DNA of 64,000 bases from Gammaproteobacteria bacterium. GTDB taxonomy: Bacteria > Pseudomonadota > Gammaproteobacteria > JAPPPA01. The notes below the pieces were generated by a model. The model had not been told where the DNA came from, did no database searches, and worked only from the letters and a program-made list of their open reading frames with translations. The DNA is taken from assembly GCA_030425645.1 (NCBI GenBank), contig JAUHZK010000009.1, positions 2,290-66,289 of the forward strand, given 5' to 3'. Positions 48,549 through 60,652 of the stretch are shown piece after piece (position 1 is the first letter of the stretch; the number at the start of each line of letters is the position of its first letter). Made by a program: the position numbers and the translations under genes.

Positions 48549-51014
48549 TTAATGCGCACGCGTAGATTTTGACTTCGCCGCCGTCTCTTGCGGCAGGTTG
48601 GCAAACTCACCACGGGCGACCGTTTCCGGTGTCGGCACATGCTCTAAGGCATGCTCAAAAACGGTCTCTACCCAACGCACCGGCACAATTTCTAAAAGCC
48701 CTTTAACGTTCTCCGGAATTTCGCGCAGATCCTTCACATTTTCTTCTGGAATCAATACTTTACGGATTCCGCCACGTTGCGCCGCCAGTAGTTTTTCCTT
48801 CAAACCACCAATCGGTAACACTTCACCACGGAGGGTAATTTCACCCGTCATAGCCACATCAGCTTTCACTGGAACACCAGTCAAAGCCGAGACTAGTGCA
48901 GTCGTCATTGCCGAACCTGCACTCGGTCCATCCTTCGGCGTGGCACCTTCTGGGACGTGAATATGCACATCAAATTTTTGATTAAATTCCGGATCTATTC
49001 CGAGTGACTGAGCACGACTGCGCACCACTGTCATCGCTGCTTGCACTGATTCCTTCATTACATCGCCCAAGTGGCCGGTATTTAACAGGCGCCCTTTGCC
49101 CGACATAATGGCTGATTCGATGGTTAGCAGGTCGCCACCGACCTCTGTCCAAGCCAAACCGGTGACCTGACCAATACGGTCCTCTTGCTCCGCTTCACCG
49201 TAGCGGAAACGACGCACACCGATCATGTCTTCTAAGTCATTTGGCTGAATATTCACCTGCTGCTGGTCTTTGGCGGCAGCTAACTGACGCACTGCCTTAC
49301 GACAAAGTTTAGCGACTTCGCGCTCTAGGTTACGCACACCGGCCTCACGGGTGTAATAGCGAATAAGGTCGGTAATGACCTCATCACTAATCTCAATCTC
49401 CTCAGGCTTGAGACCGTGACGACCGACTTGCTTAGGTACTAAGTAAGTCTTAGCGATATTCAGTTTCTCGTCCTCGGTATAGCCGGAGAGACGAATCACT
49501 TCCATCCGGTCTAATAGCGGGCCAGGAATATTCATACTGTTGGCGGTACACACGAACATCACTTCAGAGAGGTCACAATCAACCTCTAGGTAGTGGTCAT
49601 TAAACGTGCTGTTCTGCTCTGGATCCAATACCTCTAACAGTGCAGACGAAGGATCACCGCGAAAGTCGGTCGACATCTTGTCGATTTCGTCCAGCAGCAC
49701 CATTGGGTTTTTAACGCCGGTCTTATTAATCTTTTGCACTAATTTGCCGGGCATGGCGCCAATATAGGTGCGGCGATGGCCACGAATCTCAGCCTCATCG
49801 CGCACACCACCCAAGGCAATACGGGAGAACTTGCGATTGGTCGACTTGGCGATACTTTGACCCAAGGAGGTTTTACCGACACCCGGCGGCCCCACTAAAC
49901 ACAAAATCGGCCCACGCATTTTTTTGACTCGCTGCTGCACCGCCAAATACTCAACAATGCGCTCTTTAACCTTCTCAAGCCCATAATGGTCTGAATCTAG
50001 GGTTTCTTGCGCCTTGTCCAAATCAACGCTGACGCGGGTTTTCTTCTTCCATGGGAAACCAAGCAGCCAGTCTAGATAATTACGTACTACCGCGGCTTCT
50101 GCCGACATCTGCGACATCATCTTCAGCTTCGATAGTTCGGAATCGGCTTTCTCTTTAGCCTCTTTCGGCATACCAGCCTTGGCAATCTTCTCGGCATAGG
50201 CGGCTAAATCACTACCGCCCTCTTCACCATCACCTAGCTCTTTTTGAATGGCTTTCATTTGCTCATTCAAGTAGTACTCGCGCTGGCTTTTTTCCATTTG
50301 CTTACGCACACGACCACGTACGCGTTTTTCCATCTCAGCCAGGTCAATTTCTGTCTCGATTGAGCGCAACACCAGCTCTAGGCGCTCAAGCACGTTCAGC
50401 GCTTCAAGCAACTCTTGCTTCTTGTCTAAACGGATATTGAGGTGGGCGGAAATAGAGTCACAAAGTCGTGCTGGCTCATCGATCGTGGTCACCGCTTTGA
50501 CGACTTCACTAGGCACTTTGGTGTTGAGTTTGACGTACTGCTCAAATACCGACAGCACAGCGCCCATTAATACCTTGGCCTGCTCTTCTGGGCTAACATC
50601 GTCGGGCACCGAAGCAACGCCTTCATCTAGCGCGCTGGGCAATGCATCAACATAAGATTCCAGCACTTCATATTCGGCCGCAATGCCGTCATCGTCTTCC
50701 AGTAGCAAGGCATTTACCCGTACCCGAGTGCTGCCCTCAACCAAAACTTTTACGGTACCATCCGGCAGTTTAAGCAACTGCAAAATACTAGCCAGCGTAC
50801 CAATCTGAAAAAGATCTTCGTTATTAGGGTCTTCTACCTCAGCCGAGCGCTGCGCCAACATCACCACTTTTTTGTCGTTCGCCATGGCCTTATTCAAGGC
50901 CTGAATACTTTTCTCGCGGCCGACAAAAAGCGGCGTCACCATATCTGGAAAAACCACTACATCACGCAGTGGAATCAGCGGTGCTACGCCAGCTTCAAGC
51001 AATACCTCAGTCAT
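48549..51014 (-). CDS. lon: ATP-dependent Lon protease.
   Basis: The product has the N-terminus [25 protein letters not shown], the Walker A box (GPPGVGKTS), and the catalytic Ser/Lys dyad (PKDGPSAG...K). Confidence 0.95.
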   Translation of the reverse strand: MTEVLLEAGVAPLIPLRDVVVFPDMVTPLFVGREKSIQALNKAMANDKKVVMLAQRSAEVEDPNNEDLFQIGTLASILQLLKLPDGTVKVLVEGSTRVRVNALLLEDDDGIAAEYEVLESYVDALPSALDEGVASVPDDVSPEEQAKVLMGAVLSVFEQYVKLNTKVPSEVVKAVTTIDEPARLCDSISAHLNIRLDKKQELLEALNVLERLELVLRSIETEIDLAEMEKRVRGRVRKQMEKSQREYYLNEQMKAIQKELGDGEEGGSDLAAYAEKIAKAGMPKEAKEKADSELSKLKMMSQMSAEAAVVRNYLDWLLGFPWKKKTRVSVDLDKAQETLDSDHYGLEKVKERIVEYLAVQQRVKKMRGPILCLVGPPGVGKTSLGQSIAKSTNRKFSRIALGGVRDEAEIRGHRRTYIGAMPGKLVQKINKTGVKNPMVLLDEIDKMSTDFRGDPSSALLEVLDPEQNSTFNDHYLEVDCDLSEVMFVCTANSMNIPGPLLDRMEVIRLSGYTEDEKLNIAKTYLVPKQVGRHGLKPEEIEISDEVITDLIRYYTREAGVRNLEREVAKLCRKAVRQLAAAKDQQQVNIQPNDLEDMIGVRRFRYGEAEQEDRIGQVTGLAWTEVGGDLLTIESAIMSGKGRLLNTGHLGDVMKESVQAAMTVVRSRAQSLGIDPEFNQKFDVHIHVPEGATPKDGPSAGSAMTTALVSALTGVPVKADVAMTGEITLRGEVLPIGGLKEKLLAAQRGGIRKVLIPEENVKDLREIPENVKGLLEIVPVRWVETVFEHALEHVPTPETVARGEFANLPQETAAKSKSTRAH

Positions 51015-51162
51015 ACTCTTTTCTCTTTACTCGCGAGCTTTTCGCGACAGTCAAAAAATTCACACACTTAAAACGCAAACACCGGCGCCAAGGGCCCCGG
51101 TGTCACGTACACAAACTAGTTGTAGCGGGCCCTTGCACCCGAGCAACCCTTAACCCGACCAA

Positions 51163-52464
51163 CTAAGAAGCAGCCAAATCTTCAGGACTACTCCGTTTTT
51201 GATTCTCGTAAATCACCAGTGGGTTGGCGTCACCGCGCACAACCGCAGCATCGACAACGACTTTAGAGACGCCTTCCATCGATGGTAAGTCATACATGGT
51301 GTCGAGCAGCACATTTTCAATGATGGTACGTAAACCACGAGCACCCGTACGACGCTCAATCGCACGACGCGCAATCTCATGCAAGGCATCATCGCGGAAC
51401 TCAAGGCCGACATCTTCCATTTCGAAGATCCGTGCGTATTGCTTGGTCAAGGCGTTACGCGGCTTAACCAGAATATCCACTAAGGCCTCTTCGTTCAGCT
51501 CATCCAACACTGCGACCACAGGCAAACGGCCGATAAACTCAGGGATTAGACCATAACGGGCCAAATCTTCTGGCTCACAGTCATGCAGTAGCTTGTTGAG
51601 CTGACGCTCATCCTCTTGCGACTGCACCTCGGCATTAAAACCAATGCCGCTTTTGTCAGTACGCGCCTGAATCACCTTTTCCAAGCCTGCAAACGCGCCG
51701 CCACAAATAAACAGCACATTTGAGGTGTCTACCTGCAAGAATTCCTGCTGTGGGTGTTTGCGCCCGCCCTGCGGAGGAACCGAGGCAACGGTGCCTTCAA
51801 TCAGCTTCAATAGTGCTTGTTGCACACCTTCGCCAGATACATCACGGGTGATCGATGGGTTATCTGACTTACGTGAAATTTTGTCAATTTCATCAATGTA
51901 TACAATGCCGCTTTGAGCGCGGTCTACATCGTAGTCGCAGCTTTGTAGCAGCTTCTGCACAATGTTTTCCACGTCTTCACCTACGTAACCGGCTTCGGTT
52001 AGCGTCGTCGCGTCAGCAATCGTAAACGGCACATTCAACATGCGCGCCAAGGTATCAGCCAAATAGGTTTTACCTGAGCCGGTTGGGCCAATTAACAAGA
52101 TATTACTCTTGCTGAGCTCAACCTCATCCTCGTCGCCTTTTTTGCCCTTTGTGCTCTCAGACACACGCAAACGCTTGTAGTGGTTATAAACCGCCACGGC
52201 CAATACGCGTTTGGCACGTTCTTGACCAATCACGTAGTTGCCAAGATGTTCGTTAATTTCTACCGGTGTTGGTAATGGTGAATCAGTCGATTCTTCTGTG
52301 TCTTGAACTTCTTCTTGAATAATGTCGTTGCACAGATCCACACACTCATTGCAGATATACACCCCTGAAGGGCCTGCAATCAGCTTGTCTACTTCATGCT
52401 GAGTTTTGTTACAAAACGAGCAGTGTAAGACCTCGTTACGGCTGCTACCGGTTTCTTCTGTCAT
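51163..52464 (-). CDS. clpX: ATP-dependent Clp protease ATP-binding subunit ClpX.
   Basis: The product has the zinc-binding N-terminus ([31 protein letters not shown]) and the Walker A box (GPTGSGKT). Confidence 0.95.
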   Translation of the reverse strand: MTEETGSSRNEVLHCSFCNKTQHEVDKLIAGPSGVYICNECVDLCNDIIQEEVQDTEESTDSPLPTPVEINEHLGNYVIGQERAKRVLAVAVYNHYKRLRVSESTKGKKGDEDEVELSKSNILLIGPTGSGKTYLADTLARMLNVPFTIADATTLTEAGYVGEDVENIVQKLLQSCDYDVDRAQSGIVYIDEIDKISRKSDNPSITRDVSGEGVQQALLKLIEGTVASVPPQGGRKHPQQEFLQVDTSNVLFICGGAFAGLEKVIQARTDKSGIGFNAEVQSQEDERQLNKLLHDCEPEDLARYGLIPEFIGRLPVVAVLDELNEEALVDILVKPRNALTKQYARIFEMEDVGLEFRDDALHEIARRAIERRTGARGLRTIIENVLLDTMYDLPSMEGVSKVVVDAAVVRGDANPLVIYENQKRSSPEDLAAS

Positions 52465-52607
52465 CCCTAAATCTCTACGAATTTCCTGTAGTTACAGGTT
52501 TTTTTACCCCGAATCCTATTCTAGGTATACCACTACTGGATTGTTTTGCAAAACACCCTAACGGCCTGCACTCAAACATGAGACCGCCGTTAGCGTGATT
52601 AGTTTGG

Positions 52608-53225
52608 TTAGCGCTTAGCCAGCACCTCATCAATAAGGCCGTACTCTTTGGCATCGCTAGCGCTCATAAAATTGTCACGATCAGTATCTTGCTGAATACG
52701 ATCCATCGGCTGTCCGGTGTGATCTGCCAGCACTTGGTTTAAGCGCTCACGGATATAAAGAATTTCTTTAGCGTGAATTTCAATATCACTGGCCTGGCCC
52801 TGAAAACCACCCAGCGGCTGGTGAATCATCACGCGGCTATGCGGCAAGGCAAAACGTTTGCCCTTCTCGCCACCGGCCAACAAGACGGCACCCATGCTGG
52901 CCGCCTGGCCGATGCAAATAGTGCTGACGTTAGGCTTAATAAACTGCATGGTGTCATAAATGGCCATACCGGCAGTGACGGAGCCGCCTGGAGAATTGAT
53001 GTACAGATGAATATCTTTATCTGGATTCTCAGATTCCAAAAACAACAACTGCGCCACAATCAGGTTAGCCATATTGTCTTCAACCTGGCCCACCGCAAAC
53101 ACTAAGCGCTCTTTCAACAAACGCGAATAAATATCGTAAGAACGCTCACCTCGAGAGGTTTGTTCTACAACCATTGGAATCATGCCAATGTTTTGAATGT
53201 CTGAAGCAGTATTGGAAATACTCAT
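52608..53225 (-). CDS. clpP: ATP-dependent Clp protease proteolytic subunit ClpP.
   Basis: The 205-aa product has the active-site Ser (GQAASMGA) and His (MIHQP). Confidence 0.95.
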   Translation of the reverse strand: MSISNTASDIQNIGMIPMVVEQTSRGERSYDIYSRLLKERLVFAVGQVEDNMANLIVAQLLFLESENPDKDIHLYINSPGGSVTAGMAIYDTMQFIKPNVSTICIGQAASMGAVLLAGGEKGKRFALPHSRVMIHQPLGGFQGQASDIEIHAKEILYIRERLNQVLADHTGQPMDRIQQDTDRDNFMSASDAKEYGLIDEVLAKR

Positions 53226-53370
53226 CTGTCCCCCGCGTAGGTAAAACTAGGTCTGTGTTTAGTGCCGGCAAAAAAAAACCGATTAAGGCCGCAGTGTACA
53301 ACAGCTCTTAACCGGTTTGGCGCGGCCATCGCATTTATGGCCGCTTATTTTTTCTTAGCACTAGCGCTAA

Positions 53371-54708
53371 TTAGGCGCCGGTGATTTCAGCAAAAGTGCT
53401 GCTCTTATCAGAGACCTTAGCCTTCTCTAATACGAGATCAACAACCTGCTCTTCTAACACAGACGACTCGATACCAGCCATCGCTTGCTGGTTGCTGCGA
53501 TAGTACTGTTTAAAGGCTTCGCCCTGCTCACCGTATTGAGCAACCATGGCGTCTAGAGCCTCTTCAACCTTAGCTTCGTCAGCAGTTAGATCATTGGCGC
53601 GGATAATTTCACCAAATACTAGGCCAACATGTACACGCTGGCGGGCCTGCTCAGCAAACATCTCATCTGGGAAAATGTCGTCTGGTAGATCCATATTGCC
53701 TTGGCCGTACTGGCTAGCACGCTGCTTAGCTTCTTCACGCAAACGTGAGATTTCTTGCGTAATCAAGGCATTAGGCACATCTACTTCGTTGGCAGCAGTC
53801 AAACCTTCAACCACTTGCTCTTTTACCTTGCCTTTAATTGCCGAATCCAGCTCGCGCTGCATATTGGCTTTTAGCTCTTCGCGTAGTTTTTCAGCACCAC
53901 CTTCTTCAATGCCTAGCTTGCTCGCAAACTCGTCATTGATTTCCGGGGTTACACCTTCTTCTACCGCAGTCACGGTAATGGTGTAAGTGGCGGTTTTATT
54001 AGCCACTTCTTCGGTACGGTAACCTTTCGGGAATTTAACCTTGGCTTTAACTTCATCACCGGCCTTGGCGCCAGTTAGCGCTTCGGTAAATGAATCTTCA
54101 AATTCTTCCGGCATGGTGCCGTTGCCAATCACAAACTGCGCGCCATTAGCGGTATTGCCTGGGAAGCTACCGTCGTTGTCTTCTGATTTACGTGTTTTGC
54201 CTTCAAAGTCGACCTTAACGCGATCGCCAGCTTTGGCTTCACGCTCAACTTCAGTCCACTCAGTGTGCTGCTGTTGCAACTTAGACAACATATCTTCTAA
54301 GTCAGCATCGCCGATTTCAGCGCTAGCGCGCTCAATCTTAAGCTTGTCCATACCCTTCACTTCAAACTCAGGGTAAACCTCAAACTCAGCGGTGTATTCG
54401 AAGTCTTTGCCTTCTTCCATCGTCACTGGCTCAATTTCTGGCATGCCAGCAGGACGTAGGTTTTCTTGCTCTAGCGCTTTGGCGTAAGAAGGTTGTAGCT
54501 CCTTCTCGCAAACTTCAGCGCGAATAGAAGGACCGAAGCGATTTTTAACTAGAGCGGCAGGTACTTTACCTGGGCGAAAGCCTGGCAAACGAACCGTACG
54601 AGAAACTTCTTTTAAGCGCTCGGCTACTTTCGGCTCTAGATCAGCAGAAGGAATAGAAACCGTAAGCTTACGGCCAAGCGTGCTGGTGTTTTCAACAGCA
54701 ACTTTCAT
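53371..54708 (-). CDS. tig: Trigger factor.
   Basis: The start was chosen at MKVAVENTSTLGRKLTVSIP (compare E. coli MQVSVETTQGLGRRVTI). The listed ORF extends 68 codons upstream across the tRNA-Leu gene and is rejected. Confidence 0.9.
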   Translation of the reverse strand: MKVAVENTSTLGRKLTVSIPSADLEPKVAERLKEVSRTVRLPGFRPGKVPAALVKNRFGPSIRAEVCEKELQPSYAKALEQENLRPAGMPEIEPVTMEEGKDFEYTAEFEVYPEFEVKGMDKLKIERASAEIGDADLEDMLSKLQQQHTEWTEVEREAKAGDRVKVDFEGKTRKSEDNDGSFPGNTANGAQFVIGNGTMPEEFEDSFTEALTGAKAGDEVKAKVKFPKGYRTEEVANKTATYTITVTAVEEGVTPEINDEFASKLGIEEGGAEKLREELKANMQRELDSAIKGKVKEQVVEGLTAANEVDVPNALITQEISRLREEAKQRASQYGQGNMDLPDDIFPDEMFAEQARQRVHVGLVFGEIIRANDLTADEAKVEEALDAMVAQYGEQGEAFKQYYRSNQQAMAGIESSVLEEQVVDLVLEKAKVSDKSSTFAEITGA

Positions 54709-54782
54709 AAGAACACTACCTGTGAGCGATGATGGCAACACATAAAAAATCAGCGCCATAAGGCGCTGAGTTTTTAAATAAA

Positions 54783-54867
54783 TGGTGCGGGAAGAGAGAC
54801 TTGAACTCTCACACCTTTCGGTACTGGTACCTAAAACCAGCGCGTCTACCAATTCCGCCATTCCCGC
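54783..54867 (-). tRNA. tRNA-Leu (anticodon TAG).
   Basis: The reverse complement GCGGGAATGGCGGAATTGGTAGACGCGCTGGTTTTAGGTACCAGTACCGAAAGGTGTGAGAGTTCAAGTCTCTCTTCCCGCACCA has a long variable arm and the anticodon stem-loop CTGGT-TTTAGGT-ACCAG. It lies immediately upstream of tig. Confidence 0.9.
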
Positions 54868-54976
54868 ATTGTGTTTCGCTGTTGCTAGTTGCGCTTGCTG
54901 CTGCAACCTCAACCTCGAAGGCGCGCGATTCTACACAGCCTTTTTTAGAATTTCTAGCACTATTCTAAATTTTTTA

Positions 54977-56152
54977 TTATTTCGCTCGATTTTCTAGCAT
55001 CGCAACGGCTGGTAGCTGCTTTCCTTCCAAAAATTCTAGGAAGGCACCGCCGCCGGTAGAGATATAAGACACCATTTCACCAATGCCAAATTTCGACACG
55101 GCAGCCAAGGTGTCACCGCCGCCAGCGATCGAAAACGCGTCGCTTGCTGCAACCGCCTTAGCCAGCGCTTTAGTACCTCCAGCAAACTGATCGAACTCGA
55201 ACACACCCAGCGGGCCATTCCAAACAATGGTACCGGCCTCACGCAACATCGGTCCCAAGGCGGCACCTGAATCTGGGCCAATATCAAAGATCAGGTCATC
55301 ATCTTCTACTTGGTCAACCGGCACTACCCGCGCTTCAGCGTCTGCGCTGTAGGCTTTCGCCACTACTACATCAGTAGGAATTGGAATATCAGCACCGCGA
55401 TCCTGCATCTTCTTCATTAATGCTTTAGCGGCCGGTACAAAGTCTTCCTCATATAAAGACTTGCCAACATTAAAGCCCGCGGCGGCAATAAAGGTATTAG
55501 CAATACCGCCACCAACGATCAATTTGTCGACCTTATCGGCCAAGGTGTCCAGTACCGTAATTTTGGTCGACACTTTAGAACCACCCACAATCGCGACCAA
55601 TGGCGAACGCGGCGCTTCTAAGGCATTACCTAGCGCGTCTAACTCGGCTGTTAATAATGGCCCAGCACAGGCTACTGGCGCGTAAAGGCCAATACCATGT
55701 GTTGAAGCTTGTGCACGATGCGCGGTACCAAAGGCATCCATTACGAAAACGTCGCATAACGCGGCCATTTTTTCGCACAGTTCCGGCGCGTCGGCTTTCT
55801 CGCCGACATTAAAGCGTACGTTCTCGCAAAGCACGACTTCGCCCACTTCTTGGTCAAAACCATTTAGCCAATCACGCTGCAAACGAACCGGTACGCCTAA
55901 CTCAGAGGTCAGGCGGCGCGCCACCGGGCCTAATGAGGCCTGCTGCTCAAACTTACCCTCTTCAGGTCGCCCAAGGTGGGACAGCAGAATCACTTTAGCG
56001 CCGGCTTCCAAAGCCATTTTTACGCTCGGCAGTGACGCTTTGATCCGTGCGTCCGACGTAATTTGACCGTCTTCAATCGGCACATTCAGATCCAAACGAA
56101 TCATCACGCGCTTAGCAGCCAAGTCCAAATCAGACATACGGATAAAGTTCAT
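54977..56152 (-). CDS. pgk: Phosphoglycerate kinase.
   Basis: The product starts [25 protein letters not shown], collinear with the E. coli Pgk N-terminus. Confidence 0.95.
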   Translation of the reverse strand: MNFIRMSDLDLAAKRVMIRLDLNVPIEDGQITSDARIKASLPSVKMALEAGAKVILLSHLGRPEEGKFEQQASLGPVARRLTSELGVPVRLQRDWLNGFDQEVGEVVLCENVRFNVGEKADAPELCEKMAALCDVFVMDAFGTAHRAQASTHGIGLYAPVACAGPLLTAELDALGNALEAPRSPLVAIVGGSKVSTKITVLDTLADKVDKLIVGGGIANTFIAAAGFNVGKSLYEEDFVPAAKALMKKMQDRGADIPIPTDVVVAKAYSADAEARVVPVDQVEDDDLIFDIGPDSGAALGPMLREAGTIVWNGPLGVFEFDQFAGGTKALAKAVAASDAFSIAGGGDTLAAVSKFGIGEMVSYISTGGGAFLEFLEGKQLPAVAMLENRAK

Positions 56153-56161
56153 AGTATTTCT

Positions 56162-57187
56162 CTACAGTTGCGAGGCCATTAGGCCAGCGGTATCTAACAT
56201 ACGACAGGCATAAGCCCACTCGTTATCGTGCCAAGCCAAGACCTTTAATAGTCGACCACTGGCTTGTGTCATTTCTTCATCAATAATGGCCGAACGCGGG
56301 TCATGAATAAAATCACAACTCACCAACGGTTCAGCACTCATTCCAATTAGCTCAGGCTGTTGCGAAGACGCCTCTGTTAGCAGCTGGCGCAAGCCCTCAG
56401 TGTCAGTAGTCTTATCTGTCAATAAGGTGACTTCTGCCAAGGACATACTACTGACAGGTACTCTTAAAGAATGCGCCGTTAATTTACCCTGCAGCTCAGG
56501 CATCACCGCCATAACGCCGTCGGCGGCGCCAGAGCTGGTTGGCACAATGGCATGTGGTGCCGCGCGCTCGCGACGCGGAATGCGATGCCAGCCATCAACC
56601 AAGTTTTGGTCGGCTGTCCATGCGTGCACCGTCGTAATCGATGCCTGTTCGATATGCAGCGCCTGCTGCAAAGGCTGCAGCAGCAAGGTCAGACAATTAG
56701 TGGTGCAGGATGCGTTCGACACCAACGCCGCCGAGGCGGGTAATTGGCGATGGTTATAGCCGTAAACCACCGTAAATTCGGCCGCAGCGGTAGGCCGCGA
56801 AAACAGCACGCGTTTTGCACCGGCCTGTAAATGCGCTCGGCCCTGGTCAGCATCCGCAAGGCCGGAGCAATCCAGCACCAGATCGACTCCAAGAGCCGAC
56901 CAGCTAATGTTTTCTAGATTCGTTTCCTGCAAGCGTAATACAGACTGTTGGCCAATTTGCACACCATTCTCGGTTGCCGTCACGGCCTGACCAAAACGCC
57001 CCTGCACAGAATCGTATTGGGTTAGACGGGCAATATCGGCATTCGGCACATCCGCCGGTTCGTTGATAGCAACCAACGAAAGCGGATAATCGCCTTCCAA
57101 TAAGGCGCGCGCCACACAGCGACCAATGCGGCCGTAACCGTTGATCGCTATTTTAGTGTTTGCTAAGTCGCTGGGAGCTGTGCTCAT
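56162..57187 (-). CDS. epd: Erythrose-4-phosphate dehydrogenase / GAPDH-family protein. Its position between tkt and pgk matches epd.
   Basis: The product has a GAPDH fold with the NAD motif (INGYGRIGR) and the catalytic Cys (SNASCTTNCL). Confidence 0.85.
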   Translation of the reverse strand: MSTAPSDLANTKIAINGYGRIGRCVARALLEGDYPLSLVAINEPADVPNADIARLTQYDSVQGRFGQAVTATENGVQIGQQSVLRLQETNLENISWSALGVDLVLDCSGLADADQGRAHLQAGAKRVLFSRPTAAAEFTVVYGYNHRQLPASAALVSNASCTTNCLTLLLQPLQQALHIEQASITTVHAWTADQNLVDGWHRIPRRERAAPHAIVPTSSGAADGVMAVMPELQGKLTAHSLRVPVSSMSLAEVTLLTDKTTDTEGLRQLLTEASSQQPELIGMSAEPLVSCDFIHDPRSAIIDEEMTQASGRLLKVLAWHDNEWAYACRMLDTAGLMASQL

Positions 57188-57203
57188 CTATGTTGAGTAC
57201 TAC

Positions 57204-59222
57204 TTACTCGTCGATACCGAGACTACGTTCTAGCGCTGCCACCACATTCGCCGTGGTAAAGCCAAAATGCTCCATCAAGGCGCCGCCCGGTGCAGATTCA
57301 CCAAACTGGTCAATACCAATCACTTCACCGGCATAACCGACGTAGCGATACCAGTTTTCAGATACACCCGCTTCCACCGCTACGCGTGCAGCAACTTCAG
57401 CCGGCAAGACGGAATCTTGATAGTCGGCATCTTGGCGATCAAATACATTGGTCGATGGCATCGAAACCACACGCACCTGCTTGCCTTTGGCTTTTAGCTG
57501 CTCAGCAGCCGCGACGGCCAACTCCAGCTCGGAACCAGTACCCATCACAATCGCGTCTGGCGTGCCATCGGTGTCCACCAATACATAGCCACCGCGTTCG
57601 ATATTGGCCACTTGCTCTGCATTACGCGGCTGCGGCTCAATACCTTGGCGTGACAATGCCAAGGCTGACGGCGTTTCAATATTTTCGATTGCAACCTGCC
57701 ATGCAGCCGCCGTCTCTACGGCGTCGGCCGGACGCCATACATCTAAATTAGGAATAAGACGCAAGCTAGCAACGTGCTCTACCGGCTGGTGGGTTGGGCC
57801 ATCTTCACCCAAGCCAATCGAGTCATGTGTAAGCACATAAATGACACGCTGCTTCATTAAGGCCGACATACGCATGGCATTGCGCATGTAGTCAGAGAAC
57901 ACCAAGAAGGTGCCACCGTAAGGAATAAAACCACCGTGCAAGGCAAGACCATTCATGATCGCGCCCATGGCAAATTCACGCACACCGTAGTGAATGTAGT
58001 TACCGCTGGCATCGGTGCCGGTCACAGACTTAGACTCGCCCGAGATCGTTAAGTTGGAACCTGCCAAGTCAGCCGAACCACCGGCTAATTCCGGCAATAC
58101 CGGCGCAAAGGCATTTAAAGCCATTTGTGAAGCTTTACGGCTTGCCACTTTGGCGCCGTCAGCCTGCAATTGGGCAATATAGTCAGCTGCTACCTCAGCA
58201 AAGTTTTCCGGCAAATCGCCCGACAAACGTCGCAATAGCTCATCAGCAAGTTCTGGATGCGCGGTCTGATAAGCCTCTAACTGCTGGTCCCAAGCGGCTT
58301 CTTTAGCTGCACCGCTTTCGCTGCAATCCCAATCGGCTTTAATCGCGCCAGGCACCTCAAAGGCACCGGCTGTCCAGCCAAGCTCTTGACGAGCCAAGGC
58401 AATTTCGTCGTCACCCAGCGGCGCACCATGACACTCTTCTTTGCCCTGCTTGTTCGGCGAACCAAAACCAATCACGGTTTTGCAGCAAATTAATGTTGGA
58501 CGTGTTTGCTCTTGTTTAGCCGCTTCGATCGCCGCATTAATGGCATCAGCATCGTGACCATCGACATCGGCAATCACATTCCAGCCATAAGCCCGGAAAC
58601 GCTCCGGCGTATTGTCGGTAAACCAACCTTCAACTTCGCCATCAATCGAGATGCCATTGTCATCCCAGAAGGCGACTAGCTTGTTAAGGCCTAGCGTGCC
58701 AGCCAGCGAACAGGCTTCGTGCGAGATGCCTTCCATCAAGCAACCATCACCAAGAAAGGTCCAAGTACGGTGGTCAACCACTTCATGGCCGTCGCGGTTA
58801 AATTGCGCCGCCAACATTTTTTCAGCTAACGCAAAGCCAACTGCATTGGTAATGCCCTGCCCCAGCGGGCCAGTCGTGGTTTCAACGCCCGGGGTATAAC
58901 CAAATTCAGGGTGCCCTGGGGTCTTAGAGTCCAACTGACGGAAATTTTTTAAGTCATCAATGCTGACGTCGTAACCGGTTAGGTGCAGCAGTGAATACAC
59001 CAACATCGAACCATGGCCGTTAGACATGACAAAGCGGTCGCGATCAGCCCAATGAGGATTGTTCGGGCTGTGCTTTAAATGATCGCGCCACAGAACTTCG
59101 GCGATATCAGCCATTCCCATTGGCGCACCGGGGTGACCCGAATTAGCTTTTTGAACGGCATCCATGCTTAAAGCGCGGATGGCATTGGCGCGCTCGCGGC
59201 GCGAAGTAGTCATATTAGACAT
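57204..59222 (-). CDS. tkt: Transketolase.
   Basis: The ThDP motif region ([19 protein letters not shown]) is present. The start was taken at [10 protein letters not shown]. The listed ORF begins 16 codons earlier. Confidence 0.93.
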   Translation of the reverse strand: MSNMTTSRRERANAIRALSMDAVQKANSGHPGAPMGMADIAEVLWRDHLKHSPNNPHWADRDRFVMSNGHGSMLVYSLLHLTGYDVSIDDLKNFRQLDSKTPGHPEFGYTPGVETTTGPLGQGITNAVGFALAEKMLAAQFNRDGHEVVDHRTWTFLGDGCLMEGISHEACSLAGTLGLNKLVAFWDDNGISIDGEVEGWFTDNTPERFRAYGWNVIADVDGHDADAINAAIEAAKQEQTRPTLICCKTVIGFGSPNKQGKEECHGAPLGDDEIALARQELGWTAGAFEVPGAIKADWDCSESGAAKEAAWDQQLEAYQTAHPELADELLRRLSGDLPENFAEVAADYIAQLQADGAKVASRKASQMALNAFAPVLPELAGGSADLAGSNLTISGESKSVTGTDASGNYIHYGVREFAMGAIMNGLALHGGFIPYGGTFLVFSDYMRNAMRMSALMKQRVIYVLTHDSIGLGEDGPTHQPVEHVASLRLIPNLDVWRPADAVETAAAWQVAIENIETPSALALSRQGIEPQPRNAEQVANIERGGYVLVDTDGTPDAIVMGTGSELELAVAAAEQLKAKGKQVRVVSMPSTNVFDRQDADYQDSVLPAEVAARVAVEAGVSENWYRYVGYAGEVIGIDQFGESAPGGALMEHFGFTTANVVAALERSLGIDE

Positions 59223-59414
59223 GTAGGCAGTTGGCTCTTTAGTGAGAGTACTGAGAAGTGCGGCGCGCATTTTCTCAAACCAAACCTACTTACGGCAAGT
59301 TTAGTTTTTACCCGGCCAGTTTTAGGTATTCCTAATATTGGGCTTGCGCGCTGCAGCAAGGTGCATAAACTGCTTTACCAACATTACAAATCATTCGCCA
59401 CGGGAACCGATTAC

Positions 59415-60644
59415 ATGGCCACGCAAAACCCAGAATTTGATCTAGTTGTTTATGGTGCCGCCAGCTTTGTCGGCAAAATTCTTACCCACTACCTTTACCA
59501 ACGCCATGGCAGCGATGGTGAATTAAAATGGGCGATTGCGGGCCGCAACCAAGCCAAGCTAGACGCCGTTAATGCCGGCTTAGAGCAACCGTTACCCACC
59601 CTCATTGCCGACGCCGGCGATAGAGCTGCGTTAGACACCATGGTACAGCAGTGCCGTGTTGTCGTTAGCACCGTTGGCCCCTATGACTTATACGGTTCTG
59701 ACTTAGTCGCATCCTGCGTTGAACATGGCGTCGATTATTGCGACCTCACTGGCGAAGCCCAGTGGATGCGCAAAATGATTGATCAACATCAAAGCCAAGC
59801 CGAACAAACCGGCGCACGCATCGTGCACAACTGCGGCTTTGACTCGATTCCTTCAGATCTTGGTGTGCACTTTTTACAGCAACATGCCAAATCCGAGTTC
59901 AACGAGTTTTGTAACGACGTGCGTACGGGCGTAAAAGGCGCTCGCGGCGGCATGAGCGGCGGCACGGTCGCCAGCTTAATCAATGTCGTCAAACAAGCCA
60001 GCAAAGACGCCACACTGCGCAAAGAACTGCAAAACCCCTACTCCGTCTGCCCCAAAGCATTTCGCAAAGGCGTGCGCCAACGTAATGTCACCAAACCAGA
60101 ATATGATGAAACCATGCGTAGCTGGTTGGCCCCGTGGGTCATGGCTGCTATTAACACCCGCGTACTCCACCGTAGCAACGCCTTACTAAATCGCGCCTAC
60201 GGTGACGATTTTAAGTATGACGAAAGCATGATGATGGGCGACGGCGCTAAAGGTCGCCTGCGCGCTAGCGGTTTAGCCGCTGCCATGGGTGGTTTTCTTG
60301 GGTTAAGCGCCCTCGCGCCGACACGGCAGCTACTGGAAAAGTTTGCCTTACCAAAACCCGGCGAAGGCCCAAGCCCTGAAGCTCAAGAAAAAGGCTTCTG
60401 GGATTATCGCCTCTATGGCAAAACTCCCAACGGTAACGAAATGGTGGTCAAAGTGACCGGCGACCGCGATCCCGGCTATGGCTCCACTGCCAAAATGCTC
60501 GGCGAGGCAGCCGTTTGCCTTGCTCAAGACGTTCGCAAAGAAGATAAAGCCGGCGGCTTCTGGACACCCGCCACAGTGATGGGCGACAAGCTGATTGATC
60601 GGCTGATCGCTCACGCCGGTTGCCAGTTTGCACGCCTGAGCTAA
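59415..60644 (+). CDS. Saccharopine-dehydrogenase-family NAD(P)-binding protein (trans-acting enoyl-reductase-like).
   Basis: The product starts MATQNPEFDLVVYGAASFVGKIL, a Rossmann GXXGXXG motif. Confidence 0.75.
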   Translation: MATQNPEFDLVVYGAASFVGKILTHYLYQRHGSDGELKWAIAGRNQAKLDAVNAGLEQPLPTLIADAGDRAALDTMVQQCRVVVSTVGPYDLYGSDLVASCVEHGVDYCDLTGEAQWMRKMIDQHQSQAEQTGARIVHNCGFDSIPSDLGVHFLQQHAKSEFNEFCNDVRTGVKGARGGMSGGTVASLINVVKQASKDATLRKELQNPYSVCPKAFRKGVRQRNVTKPEYDETMRSWLAPWVMAAINTRVLHRSNALLNRAYGDDFKYDESMMMGDGAKGRLRASGLAAAMGGFLGLSALAPTRQLLEKFALPKPGEGPSPEAQEKGFWDYRLYGKTPNGNEMVVKVTGDRDPGYGSTAKMLGEAAVCLAQDVRKEDKAGGFWTPATVMGDKLIDRLIAHAGCQFARLS

Positions 60645-60652
60645 ACCCGACG

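Noticed and set aside
51015-51162. Possible sigma-32 heat-shock promoter upstream of lon, and a GC-rich hairpin (CACCGGCGCCAAGGGCCCCGGTG) as a clpX terminator.
   Set aside because: Plausible by analogy with E. coli, but the -35/-10 match is weak by eye and the hairpin lacks a clean U-run, so neither is listed as a feature.
54709-54912. 5' extension of the tig ORF (MRLQQQ…) running across the tRNA-Leu gene.
   Set aside because: The extension translates the tRNA sequence (…AELVDALVLGTSTERCE…). Trigger-factor homology begins at MKVAVENTS (54708).
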